Below are positions 9,554-19,168 of a stretch of DNA of 64,000 nt, one piece after another. This stretch comes from Candidatus Woesearchaeota archaeon. Lineage in GTDB: Archaea; Nanobdellota; Nanobdellia; Woesearchaeales; GW2011-AR9. Positions within the stretch are counted from its first letter, which is position 1; each line of letters starts with the position of its first letter. The translations under genes were made by a program, and so were the position numbers. The DNA lies in assembly GCA_016188115.1 (NCBI GenBank), contig JACPIK010000002.1, positions 1,064,077 through 1,128,076 on the forward strand. The letters are read 5' to 3'. The notes under the pieces are model-generated. The model saw only the letters and a program-made list of their open reading frames with translations, did not search any database and had not been told where the DNA came from.

Positions 9554-10018
9554 ATGGTTTCCATTATTGCCGCAATGACTAAAAATCAAGTTATTGGTCG
9601 TGCGAATCAGTTGCCTTGGTCGCTCCCTGAAGATTTACGTAATTTCAAACGCCTAACCACTGGTAACGTGGTAATTATGGGTCGTAAAACCTATGATTCT
9701 ATCGGTCGATCATTACCAAACCGACATAACATCGTGGTCAGTCGCAACACCGATCAGATACCAGGAGTTATAGTCTCTAAAAGCATCGAAGAGGCAATAG
9801 CAACAGCAAAAGAGTTTGGCAGAGAAATATTTGTGATTGGTGGTGCGCAGATTTACCAGCAAGCATTGCCGTATGCAACTAAACTCTATTTATCTTTAGT
9901 TAAACATGATCACGAAGGGGATACTTATTTTCCTCCATTCGACCTTAAAGAATGGCAAGAGGAAGAACGCCAAGATTATAGCGATTTCACTTTTGTGGTA
10001 TATATTCGCAATAGTTAG
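9554..10018 (+). CDS. folA: Dihydrofolate reductase
   Basis: LPWSLPEDL, VIMGRKTYDSI, LPNRHN, VIGGAQIY, GDTYFP. Confidence 0.96.
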   Translation: MVSIIAAMTKNQVIGRANQLPWSLPEDLRNFKRLTTGNVVIMGRKTYDSIGRSLPNRHNIVVSRNTDQIPGVIVSKSIEEAIATAKEFGREIFVIGGAQIYQQALPYATKLYLSLVKHDHEGDTYFPPFDLKEWQEEERQDYSDFTFVVYIRNS

Positions 10019-10142
10019 TTGCGATGCTTAGGGGTAGGATATATAGTCGCCAGAACTGAAAAGTATAAAAGCGCAAGAGATGAATAAAAAGTAATTAATG
10101 AGTTAACAAAACTCCATAAAAAAGGGAAAAAGAGGGATAAAA

Positions 10143-11495
10143 GTGTCAGACGATTTATCGAAAACAGATCCGCATGTAGCGCATATCATTGCACTTGAAG
10201 AACAGCGTCAGCAAGATAAACTTTCGATGATCCCGTCTGAAAATTTCTTTTCTAAAGCGGTACGGCAAGCAATCGGTTCCGTATTAATGCACAAGTATGC
10301 TGAAGGTAACGTAAAAAAAAGGTACTATGAAGGCAACCAATACATCGATGAACTCGAATCACTTACCATTGAACGCGCCAAAAAATTGTTTCGTTGTCCT
10401 CCTGATTGGAGTGCAAATGTCCAAGCTTTAGCTGGGAGTAACGCTAATCTTGCAGTGTATCTTGCTCTTCTCGAAGTTGGTGACACGATGATGGGGATGT
10501 ATTTACCTGATGGTGGACATCTTTCTCATGGATGGAGTCACGAGCCAAAAGGTGCCCCTGATGCATCAATTTTAGTCTATGAAGGTGGCAGTGCAAAAGT
10601 TAACATTTCTTCTAAAATTTTTAAAACAGTCCAATACAAAACATCACCAGCAACACAACAATTTGATTACGAAGAAGTTGAAAGAATTGCGTTGCAGTAC
10701 AAACCAAAACTTCTCATTACAGGCGGAACCGCGTATCCTCGCGAAATCGATTATCGTCGCATGAAAGCCATCGCCAATAAAGTTGGTGCATATTACATGG
10801 CAGATATTGCGCATGAGGCTGGTCTTATTGCCGCAGGCGTAAATTCCTCTCCTGTTGGTATAGCCGATGTTGTTACTATGACTACACACAAGACATTGCG
10901 TGCAGGACGTGGAGCAATCATTCTTGGTCATGAAGATATTATCAAAAAAATTAATCGTGCTGTTCTTCCTGGTCTTCAAGGCGGACCATTCAATAATAAT
11001 ATTGCAGGCATCTGCGTCGGCTTAGGTGAAGCATTGGAATATTCTTTCACTATCTATGCTTGGCAAGTTGTACGTAATGCGCAATTTTTATGCAAAGAGT
11101 TAGAAAAATATGGATTTAAAATCGTAAGTGGCGGAACCGATAAACATCTCGTACTCATTGATTTAACTAACAAACCTGTGCTGGGAAAGAAATTTGCCCG
11201 AGCTTTGGATTATGCCGGCATCGTCGCTAATTATAACACCATGCCGCAAGAAACGCGTCCTCCTGCCGATCCTTCTGCATTACGGATGGGAACTCCTTGG
11301 ATTACCACGCGGGGCATGAAAGAACCGGAAATGGCGCACATTGCTGCGTGGATAAATCGTGTTATGGAAATCTGCGCTCCTTGGGCAGAGTTAGACTTCA
11401 AAGAATTTGAACAAAATGTCGCATCATCATTCGAGATCATGCAAATAGCAGCAGAAATCAAAGAATTATGCGGAAAATTTCCACTGGATTTTTAG
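10143..11495 (+). CDS. glyA: Serine hydroxymethyltransferase
   Basis: SENF, KYAEG, GGHLSHG, TTHKTLR, PGLQGGP, SGGTDKHL. Confidence 0.96.
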   Translation: MSDDLSKTDPHVAHIIALEEQRQQDKLSMIPSENFFSKAVRQAIGSVLMHKYAEGNVKKRYYEGNQYIDELESLTIERAKKLFRCPPDWSANVQALAGSNANLAVYLALLEVGDTMMGMYLPDGGHLSHGWSHEPKGAPDASILVYEGGSAKVNISSKIFKTVQYKTSPATQQFDYEEVERIALQYKPKLLITGGTAYPREIDYRRMKAIANKVGAYYMADIAHEAGLIAAGVNSSPVGIADVVTMTTHKTLRAGRGAIILGHEDIIKKINRAVLPGLQGGPFNNNIAGICVGLGEALEYSFTIYAWQVVRNAQFLCKELEKYGFKIVSGGTDKHLVLIDLTNKPVLGKKFARALDYAGIVANYNTMPQETRPPADPSALRMGTPWITTRGMKEPEMAHIAAWINRVMEICAPWAELDFKEFEQNVASSFEIMQIAAEIKELCGKFPLDF

Positions 11496-11524
11496 AATTG
11501 TATCAATGTAGAGATGGTGTATAA

Positions 11525-12403
11525 ATGGGATTAGTTGCAATTATTGGTGGTTCTGGTGTTGAAGATAGCCCCTCGCTTGAAGGCGCAGTATGGAATAAAT
11601 TTGATACTGGCTATGCTAGTGGTCTTGATCATCATACTGGTGTAGTATGGTATAAGAAAAAAGATGAAGTTATTTTTATTCCCCGACACGGAGGGCACCC
11701 TCAAGAAAATCCACGTTTTGGTCCTGCAAAAACCCAATACGCAGCAAATCTCATTGCCGCACATGCTCTCGGTGCGCGTGTCGTTGTTGCGACCAGTGCC
11801 GTAGGCAGTTTGCATGGCGAGAGAATAGGTGTTGGTAGTCTCGTCATTCCTGATGATTATATCGATCAATCAGGACGCAGTGATAATCTCTTTGGTGAGG
11901 GAATTGTAGTTCATAATAATCCTATTCCTGCATTTTCTGTGCAACTCCGTAGTATTCTTATTCATCATGCGCAAGAAAAAGAAGAGAAATTTAATGGGAT
12001 TCACACAGCAGGAACATATCTTGTTATCCCTGGCGATCGTTTTGGTACAAAAGCAGAAGGATTACGCCGTGCTCAGTATGCAGATATTGTAGGGATGACA
12101 ATCTGTCCAGAAGCATCCTTCGCTCAACAACTAGGTTTACATTATGCTGTAGTGGCGTTTCCCGTTGATGTAAATCTTGATGCAAATCACGAAGGTGGGA
12201 CAATAGAAGTTATGAAAAGAATGTCTGTTGCTGATAAGGTTCCTGATTATGTTTCACGCGTCGTAAACGAAGCTTGCAACACTCAATTTGGTCTTGTGGA
12301 TGGGCTCAAGGGAAATATTATCCCTGGAAATACAGCTCGAATCTCAAATAGGTATCTTCGTGCTGCAGCGGATGAGTTGGTACAAATATATTGTAGAAAG
12401 TAG
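11525..12403 (+). CDS. MTAP/purine nucleoside phosphorylase family
   Basis: IIGGSG, PRHG, SAVGSL, PDDYID, VGMT motifs. Confidence 0.85.
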   Translation: MGLVAIIGGSGVEDSPSLEGAVWNKFDTGYASGLDHHTGVVWYKKKDEVIFIPRHGGHPQENPRFGPAKTQYAANLIAAHALGARVVVATSAVGSLHGERIGVGSLVIPDDYIDQSGRSDNLFGEGIVVHNNPIPAFSVQLRSILIHHAQEKEEKFNGIHTAGTYLVIPGDRFGTKAEGLRRAQYADIVGMTICPEASFAQQLGLHYAVVAFPVDVNLDANHEGGTIEVMKRMSVADKVPDYVSRVVNEACNTQFGLVDGLKGNIIPGNTARISNRYLRAAADELVQIYCRK

Positions 12404-12454
12404 AAAAACCAGAAAATAATTGAGAAAAAGAATTTAATTTTTTTTAAAAATAAT

Positions 12455-13396
12455 TTATTCAATTCCTTTATTTGCTAAATATTTCTCTGCTTCCATCGCC
12501 GCCATACACCCAGATCCAGCAGCAGTGATCGCTTGACGAAAACGCACATCCTGCACATCACCAGCTGCAAAAATTCCCGCAATATTGGTATGCATATCTT
12601 TGGTTGCTTTAAGATACCCTTTCTCATCAACTTCAAGTAATCCTTGCAAGAAGGAAGTATTAGGAACGTGACCAATAGCAACGAAAACACCGTCACATTT
12701 GAATTCAGAAGTTTTTCCGGAAACAGTATCTTTTAGCATAACTGCTCGAACAACTTTCCCATCGCCTAACACTTCTGCAACCTCTGCGTTCCATTGAAAT
12801 GAAACCTTCTCGTTATGAGCGCAACGATCTTGCATGATTTTTGATGCGCGTAATGAATCTCGTCGATGCACAATCGTAACTTTAGTGCAAAATTTAGTTA
12901 AGAATAGTGCTTCTTCCATAGCGCTATCGCCGCCGCCAACAACAATTACTTCTTTGCCTTTAAAGAACGCGCCATCGCACGTTGCGCATGTTGTGACACC
13001 GCGACCTTTGTATTTTTTCTCTGAAGCAATACCTAACCAGCGAGCAGATGCACCTGTTGCCACAATAACTGTGTGAGTATGGACCTTCTCACCACTCAAA
13101 AATTCCACAATAAATGTTCCATCAGTTTGTTTTTGAACAGAGCTAGCAATATCCATCATAAAACGAGCACCAAAGCGTTCTGCTTGCTTGCGAGAATTTT
13201 CTACCAATGTTGGACCCATAATCCCATGTTCAAAACCAGGGAAATTCTCAACTTCACTTGTCATCGTTAACTGTCCGCCTTCTTGTTCACCAGAATAAAC
13301 GAGTGGTGCGAGATTAGCACGAGCAGCATAAATCGCTGCAGTACAGCCAGCAATACCTGAACCAAGAATAATCATATTTTCAATAGTTGTTTTCAT
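12455..13396 (-). CDS. trxB: Thioredoxin reductase
   Basis: GSGIAG, GGQL, CATCDG, GGGDSA, FAAGDV, RQAITAAG. Confidence 0.96.
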   Translation of the reverse strand: MKTTIENMIILGSGIAGCTAAIYAARANLAPLVYSGEQEGGQLTMTSEVENFPGFEHGIMGPTLVENSRKQAERFGARFMMDIASSVQKQTDGTFIVEFLSGEKVHTHTVIVATGASARWLGIASEKKYKGRGVTTCATCDGAFFKGKEVIVVGGGDSAMEEALFLTKFCTKVTIVHRRDSLRASKIMQDRCAHNEKVSFQWNAEVAEVLGDGKVVRAVMLKDTVSGKTSEFKCDGVFVAIGHVPNTSFLQGLLEVDEKGYLKATKDMHTNIAGIFAAGDVQDVRFRQAITAAGSGCMAAMEAEKYLANKGIE

Positions 13397-14936
13397 GATC
13401 TCTACCCTCCTTGTTTGCAAGTTGATTAAGCAGATAATAAACTAATATCCTTACACCAGACCCAGTGGGTCCTCTACTTAAATAATCTCCTTCTATAGCC
13501 CAGTTTGCAGAACCTGCAATATCTAAATGCGCCCAGCGTGTTTTTCCTACAAAATTTTTAAGAAACACAGCACCCATGATTGATCCAGCTTCACCGCCTT
13601 TACCTTTAGGTGAAATATTATTTAGATCAGAAATAGACCCCTCCATCCAATCTTGATATTCGTCGAAAAATGGCATTGCCCAAGTACGATCACCACTTTG
13701 TTCTCCTGCATGAACAAGCCGGGCGATCAATTCTTGATGAGCGCTAAATAGTCCTGATGCATAATATCCTAGCGCTACAACACAAGCGCCCGTAAGCGTA
13801 GCTACATCAATCATAACTGAAGGCTTATACTTCTCCGCAGTATACGCCATTGCATCCGCTAGCACTAAACGACCTTCCGCGTCAGTATTACCAATTTCAA
13901 TAGTCTTCCCATTATATGCACGCACAATATCTCCTGGATGTTGTGCCGTTCCCCCAATCATATTTTCACATGCTGGTATGACTGCTACAAGATTAAGAGG
14001 AAGATTAAGTTGGGCTGCTGCCCACACGGTTCCTAACACTGCCGCTGCCCCTGCCATATCTGTTTTCATTTCTTCAATAGATTTTGTTGGTTTGAGATTA
14101 TATCCACCACTATCAAACGTAATTCCTTTTCCAACTAACGCAATGCGAGATTTATTTTTTGCAGCAGTACCGTTATATTCTAAGAAAATCATTTTTGGCG
14201 GTTGAGGACTTCCTGCGCTAACACCTAACAATGCCCCCATTTTAAGACGCTGCATATCAGTTTTATTAAGAACTGTAATGTTAAATTTTGGACTTTTCGT
14301 TGCAATCGTACGAGCAACTTTTTCTAAATGTTGAGGTGTAATCACGCCAGCATGATCAAACACTAATTCCCGAGTCATGTTTGTTGCTTGACCAATAACT
14401 TCTCCTCTTCTAAGACCTTGTTGAACTTCCTTATTCCTCACTGAAACGAAGAATGAAACACTCCTAAGAAATGTTTGTTTTGAGCGTCTCTCTTCTGCAA
14501 TATATTTCAAAAACCCGTAATTTGCGAAGTAGACTGCTTCAACTGCAGCTTGAACAAAAGTATCTAAAGTGGGAAAAGATTGAGCAGACTTGAGTAGACG
14601 AATTTGTTCTAAAATATTGGTAGTGAAAGATTCTTGCTTCAAAGATCGTGTTGCCCTTGTCGCCTTTCCGATTACTCGTCGGCACTTTTCTAATGTAAAT
14701 TCGCCTCGTTCTCCCATTCCGATCATAATGATACGATAATAAGGAAGAGATGTTATCTGCGTCACATACAGCTCTCCAAAACCTGCAGAAAAGATTCTCT
14801 TCTCTTTTGCGACCATAACATCAGCAGCAAGATCTTGGTTATATCTCTCCAGTTCAGCAAATGCATCATTAAAAAGAGCATACACTAATACCTGCGCATT
14901 AGGATCAAGATGAAGATTAAGTGAAACATTTACCAT
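13380..14936 (-). CDS. pepA: Leucyl aminopeptidase (M17)
   Basis: VGKGITFDSGG, MKTDMAG, NTDAEGRL, ATLTGA, HLDIAG. Confidence 0.95.
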   Translation of the reverse strand: MVNVSLNLHLDPNAQVLVYALFNDAFAELERYNQDLAADVMVAKEKRIFSAGFGELYVTQITSLPYYRIIMIGMGERGEFTLEKCRRVIGKATRATRSLKQESFTTNILEQIRLLKSAQSFPTLDTFVQAAVEAVYFANYGFLKYIAEERRSKQTFLRSVSFFVSVRNKEVQQGLRRGEVIGQATNMTRELVFDHAGVITPQHLEKVARTIATKSPKFNITVLNKTDMQRLKMGALLGVSAGSPQPPKMIFLEYNGTAAKNKSRIALVGKGITFDSGGYNLKPTKSIEEMKTDMAGAAAVLGTVWAAAQLNLPLNLVAVIPACENMIGGTAQHPGDIVRAYNGKTIEIGNTDAEGRLVLADAMAYTAEKYKPSVMIDVATLTGACVVALGYYASGLFSAHQELIARLVHAGEQSGDRTWAMPFFDEYQDWMEGSISDLNNISPKGKGGEAGSIMGAVFLKNFVGKTRWAHLDIAGSANWAIEGDYLSRGPTGSGVRILVYYLLNQLANKEGRDHENNY

Positions 14937-14996
14937 GGTGTATATTGATCTTAAATCGTGGGAGAATGGATGCTTAATAATGGTTTCGTCACTCAA

Positions 14997-15692
14997 CTAG
15001 TTATATCTCTCAAAGTGGATTGCTTCCACACTAGCACCACGTTCAATAAGCAGTTGCTTTGTTTCTGATACAAGGTCCTTAAGACCGCAGATATAGAAGA
15101 CTTTGTCAGAAGCATCTTTTGGTAGATGTTGTTGAACCCGTCCAGTTTTTCCAGACCATTGTTCACGAGTTAAAGTAGGAGTATACACAAAATGAGGATA
15201 TTTTTTTGCAAGAGTAAGAAATTCATTGTGAAATAACAATTCTTGTTGATTCTTTGCGCTAAAAATAAGATAAAATTTTGTTGTAGGCATTTTCGGCAGA
15301 TGCTCAAAAAGCATGCTATAAAATGGTGCAATCCCTGTCCCTGCGCCGATAAAGACGTGTTCTCTATCAGCAAGTGCACTATCAAGAACAAAATGCCCTA
15401 ATGGTCCACGCATGGTAAACACATCACCTGTCTTAACCGTACGAAATATCTCAGATGCAAAACCATCATCAACGAGTTTGATTGCAAAACGAAGGGCATC
15501 TTTTTGAGAGGGGGGGTTAAGAATAGAATAAGAACGCGGCTTTCGTTCTTCACCACGTTCCATGAGCAAAGAAATAAATTGACCAGCCTGAAACATAAAA
15601 CCAGTTGGGCATGTAAAATCAAGAAGAATCAAATCTGGCGTGACAAATTCTTTCTTGATAATCTCTACTTGGTAGGGTGCTATAGGTGGCAT
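14997..15692 (-). CDS. FAD/NAD(P)-binding oxidoreductase (ferredoxin-NADP reductase-like)
   Basis: RSYSI, GPLGHF, GAGTGIAPF, YICG, HFERY. Confidence 0.9.
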   Translation of the reverse strand: MPPIAPYQVEIIKKEFVTPDLILLDFTCPTGFMFQAGQFISLLMERGEERKPRSYSILNPPSQKDALRFAIKLVDDGFASEIFRTVKTGDVFTMRGPLGHFVLDSALADREHVFIGAGTGIAPFYSMLFEHLPKMPTTKFYLIFSAKNQQELLFHNEFLTLAKKYPHFVYTPTLTREQWSGKTGRVQQHLPKDASDKVFYICGLKDLVSETKQLLIERGASVEAIHFERYN

Positions 15693-15737
15693 TAGATAGC
15701 TTTTCTAAGATGACTTTTTATAAGTTGTGCAAGAAAT

Positions 15738-16100
15738 TTATGTGGTATTAATACCTGTAGAAAATGTGTGCAAATATCTCTTTAAATTGACATTGTTTGC
15801 GTCTACAATCACTCCCTCTTTTCTTAAGAGAGTTTGTTTCTCTGTTATACATTTTCCTTTTGTTTCTCCTTTAAATCCACCTAACGAACCATCACTCGCA
15901 ACCACGCGATGACAGGGCACCATTGGTGCATAAGGATTACAACGTAGCGCTTGACCTATTGCTTGTGCCGACTTGCAATCAAGAGCCCGAGCTAGTTCTT
16001 TATAGGTACTTACTTTGCCTTGCGGAATTTGTCGGCAAAGCGCGTAAACACGCTGCGCGAACGGGGTTGGAGTTCTCCTTCTTTCGATTCTTTTTTCCAT
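15738..16100 (-). CDS. Methylated-DNA-protein-cysteine methyltransferase (C-terminal domain only)
   Basis: IPQGKVSTY, VPCHRVV active site. Confidence 0.9.
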   Translation of the reverse strand: MEKRIERRRTPTPFAQRVYALCRQIPQGKVSTYKELARALDCKSAQAIGQALRCNPYAPMVPCHRVVASDGSLGGFKGETKGKCITEKQTLLRKEGVIVDANNVNLKRYLHTFSTGINTT

Positions 16101-16405
16101 TGTTTAAGTAACGCCTCAACTTTCTTATCTTCTTTTGGGTTCATTCCCGCAGCCAGAGAGTAATAGGTTTTCTCCACCGTAGATCCCCACGAATAATCAC
16201 CCTTCTCTTCTTTAATATCATCAACTACAAATTCACTTGTCTGCGTCCCTTTCCAAAGGTGGTAATAAATCAAACGCTGCGTCACTTGGGGATAAATTTC
16301 ATTATAAATTCGCGCTACCTGATAACCATATGCAGTATCAAGATAAAACAAAATCGTAGCAATACGATCACGCACTTCACTTTTACAGGGTCGTCCGCTG
16401 GGCAT
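16010..16405 (-). CDS. Hypothetical protein, possible winged-helix DNA-binding
   Basis: YGYQVARIY...RLIYYHL...YYSL pattern; basic. Confidence 0.55.
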   Translation of the reverse strand: MPSGRPCKSEVRDRIATILFYLDTAYGYQVARIYNEIYPQVTQRLIYYHLWKGTQTSEFVVDDIKEEKGDYSWGSTVEKTYYSLAAGMNPKEDKKVEALLKQWKKESKEGELQPRSRSVFTRFADKFRKAK

Positions 16406-16480
16406 AGTGATATTAGTCTTTCTTAGCTATATAACCTTTCTGGAGGAAATCTTTTTGAATGGTACTCACTTCATTCTCCT

Positions 16481-16828
16481 ATGCCTAAATTTGATCCACG
16501 CGCCAAAGACAAAGTCAAAGAGATAGCGCGCGAACGCATCAAAATCTTGTTCTCCCAAGCTGACGAAATATTTTTGTCAGATCGAACTTTAGCGAATCGG
16601 TATGTTCATCTTGCGCGCGCCATTGCCATGAAAGCAAAGATTCGCATACCCTTAGAATTAAAACGGCGTTATTGCAAATTCTGCTATCATTATTTACGTG
16701 CTGGTGTTAACTCTCGAATCAGAACTCGAGAAGGAAAAGTAGTTATTTTATGTATGGATTGCAAGAAGATGACAAGGATACCAACAGGGAAGAAAGATAC
16801 AGCAAAGAAAAAAGCAAAAACTAACTAA
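16481..16828 (+). CDS. rnp4: RNase P protein subunit Rpp21 (Rpr2)
   Basis: IARERI, ANRYV, KRRYCKFC...CMDC zinc ribbon. Confidence 0.92.
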   Translation: MPKFDPRAKDKVKEIARERIKILFSQADEIFLSDRTLANRYVHLARAIAMKAKIRIPLELKRRYCKFCYHYLRAGVNSRIRTREGKVVILCMDCKKMTRIPTGKKDTAKKKAKTN

Positions 16829-17750
16829 TTTTCTCGAGAAGTTCTTTGTAGCCAAGCAACCCTTCCTTAGGTCCATGTGCGCTTACCACTGCCGTTGAGT
16901 TGAGTACTGCTGCATGTAATGCTTCCCCAAACGCGTGACCCCGTACAACCATTCCTACTACCGTTGCAGCAAAGGCATCACCAGCTCCTGTTGTATTCAC
17001 AACTTTCACTTTTGGCGGCATAATCTTAAGAAATGCTCCTTCACAATACGCTGCCACTTCCCGAGCGCCATCCGTAATAATAATTGACTTTGGTCCATAT
17101 TTGTGAAGATGCGTTAGCAACGTGTACGCATCGTTGGATTTAGTTTTAAGCAATAACTTTGCTTCCTCTTTGTTAAGTATTAATAGATTCGTTACATTCA
17201 AAATATCTCGAGAATATGAAATTCCTTTTTGCGCAAGATAGGTACTAGGATTATAAAGCAGTTTAATTTTATTTTTATGTGCATATCGAGCAATTACTTT
17301 TGCCGTCACAAATGACTTCTCCATCAAAGTGCCTAAATAAAACCATTTTGGATTTAATGTTGTTAACGCAAAGTCTTTTACCTGTAAATCATTGGATGCA
17401 CCTTTGTAGGTATAAATTACGCGGTCATGGTCAGCATCACTTACCACAATATAACTCGATGAAGTTGCGTGTAAACTTTTATTTTTAGTAAGAAAAGCAA
17501 TTTTATGTGCTGTCAATTCTTGTAGTACAAACTCCCCATCATGATCGTTGCCAACCTTACTTACCACCCCTACATTGAGTCCTAACTTTACCAATGCCAT
17601 CGCACTATTCGTTGCCGCACCACCAGTATAAAGAGATTTGTTAGAAAGAAGAACTTTATCCCCTTCCTTAGTTTGAGAAAATTTCTGACTTGTAGTGAGA
17701 ACGTGATCTAGAGTAACTGACCCCACGCAGATAACATCGAAAATTTTCAT
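16821..17750 (-). CDS. PfkB-family carbohydrate kinase
   Basis: GGAATN, VGND, NTTGAGDAF. Confidence 0.92.
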   Translation of the reverse strand: MKIFDVICVGSVTLDHVLTTSQKFSQTKEGDKVLLSNKSLYTGGAATNSAMALVKLGLNVGVVSKVGNDHDGEFVLQELTAHKIAFLTKNKSLHATSSSYIVVSDADHDRVIYTYKGASNDLQVKDFALTTLNPKWFYLGTLMEKSFVTAKVIARYAHKNKIKLLYNPSTYLAQKGISYSRDILNVTNLLILNKEEAKLLLKTKSNDAYTLLTHLHKYGPKSIIITDGAREVAAYCEGAFLKIMPPKVKVVNTTGAGDAFAATVVGMVVRGHAFGEALHAAVLNSTAVVSAHGPKEGLLGYKELLEKIS

Positions 17751-18484
17751 TTGAGTTGTTTATTTTTGTTGAGTAGTTTTGTTATATTTTTCTCGTTTCC
17801 CAGAAAATAATGTCGTGTTGGTTTCATCTTTTTGTTTAGCTCATAGACCAGAGGCACCGCTGTAGGAATCTCCACATTCACAATGTCTTTTTCTGTAACA
17901 TTATCTAGATGCTTCACCAGTGCTCGAATACTATTTCCGTGCGCAACAATTAAAACTCGTTTTCCTGCTTTAATTTGTGGTTCAATCACTTTTTTCCAAT
18001 AAGGGAGAACTCGCGCAACGCAGTCTTTGAGACTTTCTGTTTCAGGAAGCTCTTTTCCTGTTAGATGGACATACTTAGGGTCAAATCGAGGGTGCCTTTC
18101 ATCATCTTGACGTAGCTTTGGTGGTTGGAGCGCATAGCTGCGTCGCCAGTATTGAATTTGTTCTTTACCTAATTGTTTTGCCAATTCTTCCTTCTTTATA
18201 CCTTGTAATGCACCATAATGCCGTTCGTTGAGTTTCCAGGAATGTTCCAGTGGGATCCAGGAGAGATCTAATTCGTCGAGAACGACCCACGCAGTATGAA
18301 TGGCGCGTTTAAGAACAGAAGTATACGTTTGGTCAAAAATAAAACCATATGCTTTGAGTAAGTGAGCTGCTTGCATTGCGTTCTTTCTTCCTTTTGCAGT
18401 CAGATCAATATCGGTCCAACCAGTGAACTCATGTTTCTGATTATATTCACTCTCACCGTGACGTAGAAAAACAACTTTGTACAT
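17747..18484 (-). CDS. gpmA: 2,3-bisphosphoglycerate-dependent phosphoglycerate mutase
   Basis: LRHGES, FTGW, LNERHYGALQG, AHGNSIR. Confidence 0.96.
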   Translation of the reverse strand: MYKVVFLRHGESEYNQKHEFTGWTDIDLTAKGRKNAMQAAHLLKAYGFIFDQTYTSVLKRAIHTAWVVLDELDLSWIPLEHSWKLNERHYGALQGIKKEELAKQLGKEQIQYWRRSYALQPPKLRQDDERHPRFDPKYVHLTGKELPETESLKDCVARVLPYWKKVIEPQIKAGKRVLIVAHGNSIRALVKHLDNVTEKDIVNVEIPTAVPLVYELNKKMKPTRHYFLGNEKNITKLLNKNKQLK

Positions 18485-18547
18485 GGGGGACCTCTTTTTA
18501 TCTAGGGAGGTAAAGAAGGGATTTAAATGTATTGGTGGTGCTTATTT

Positions 18548-19168
18548 TTACTCTATAATCATTACTTCCCCATCCCTTAGTACTTTAAACAAAATTCCAT
18601 TTTCAATACAATACTGCAATTCCTTATCAATATCTTTTGATTCAGGATGATCAGACTGGTAATGAGGCAAAATCAAATAATCTAAAATCCCTAATCCTTC
18701 CCAAATTACTTTGGTCTTGTAGGGATTTTGTTTTGGATCATCAACAATATCTAAACCGCGTAGAGATGGGGCGAGCACACATATCCCTGCGCTGTAACCA
18801 GCGTAGACTAAGTCCGTCTTCATTAATTTCTTAAGAATAACATCAAAACCACTCAGTTTCATAGCTTGTCGTAAAACAAAGGTATTGCCCCCACTCACCC
18901 AGATGAGCCCGACTGTTTTGAGTTTTGCTTCCAGTTGTTTTGGTTTGTTAAAGTAGTCTCGTAGATCGAGAAGTTCGATGTTGAAACCTAACGCGCGGAT
19001 ATCTTGCATATCACGTTCTTCATGCTTTTTACGACGTTCAAGGTCATCTGTAAATTTTCTCCAATCTAGAGCATTGGAAATGTAAACAGCAGTCTTGTTC
19101 TTGGTTACTAACCGCTTAAGCTTCTTGCTTTGGTTTCCGAGACGATAGGAGGAGAGATAAAACTTCAT
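18548..19168 (-). CDS. Peptidase E (S51 family)
   Basis: VSGGNTF, GYSAG nucleophile elbow, PHY. Confidence 0.88.
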   Translation of the reverse strand: MKFYLSSYRLGNQSKKLKRLVTKNKTAVYISNALDWRKFTDDLERRKKHEERDMQDIRALGFNIELLDLRDYFNKPKQLEAKLKTVGLIWVSGGNTFVLRQAMKLSGFDVILKKLMKTDLVYAGYSAGICVLAPSLRGLDIVDDPKQNPYKTKVIWEGLGILDYLILPHYQSDHPESKDIDKELQYCIENGILFKVLRDGEVMIIE

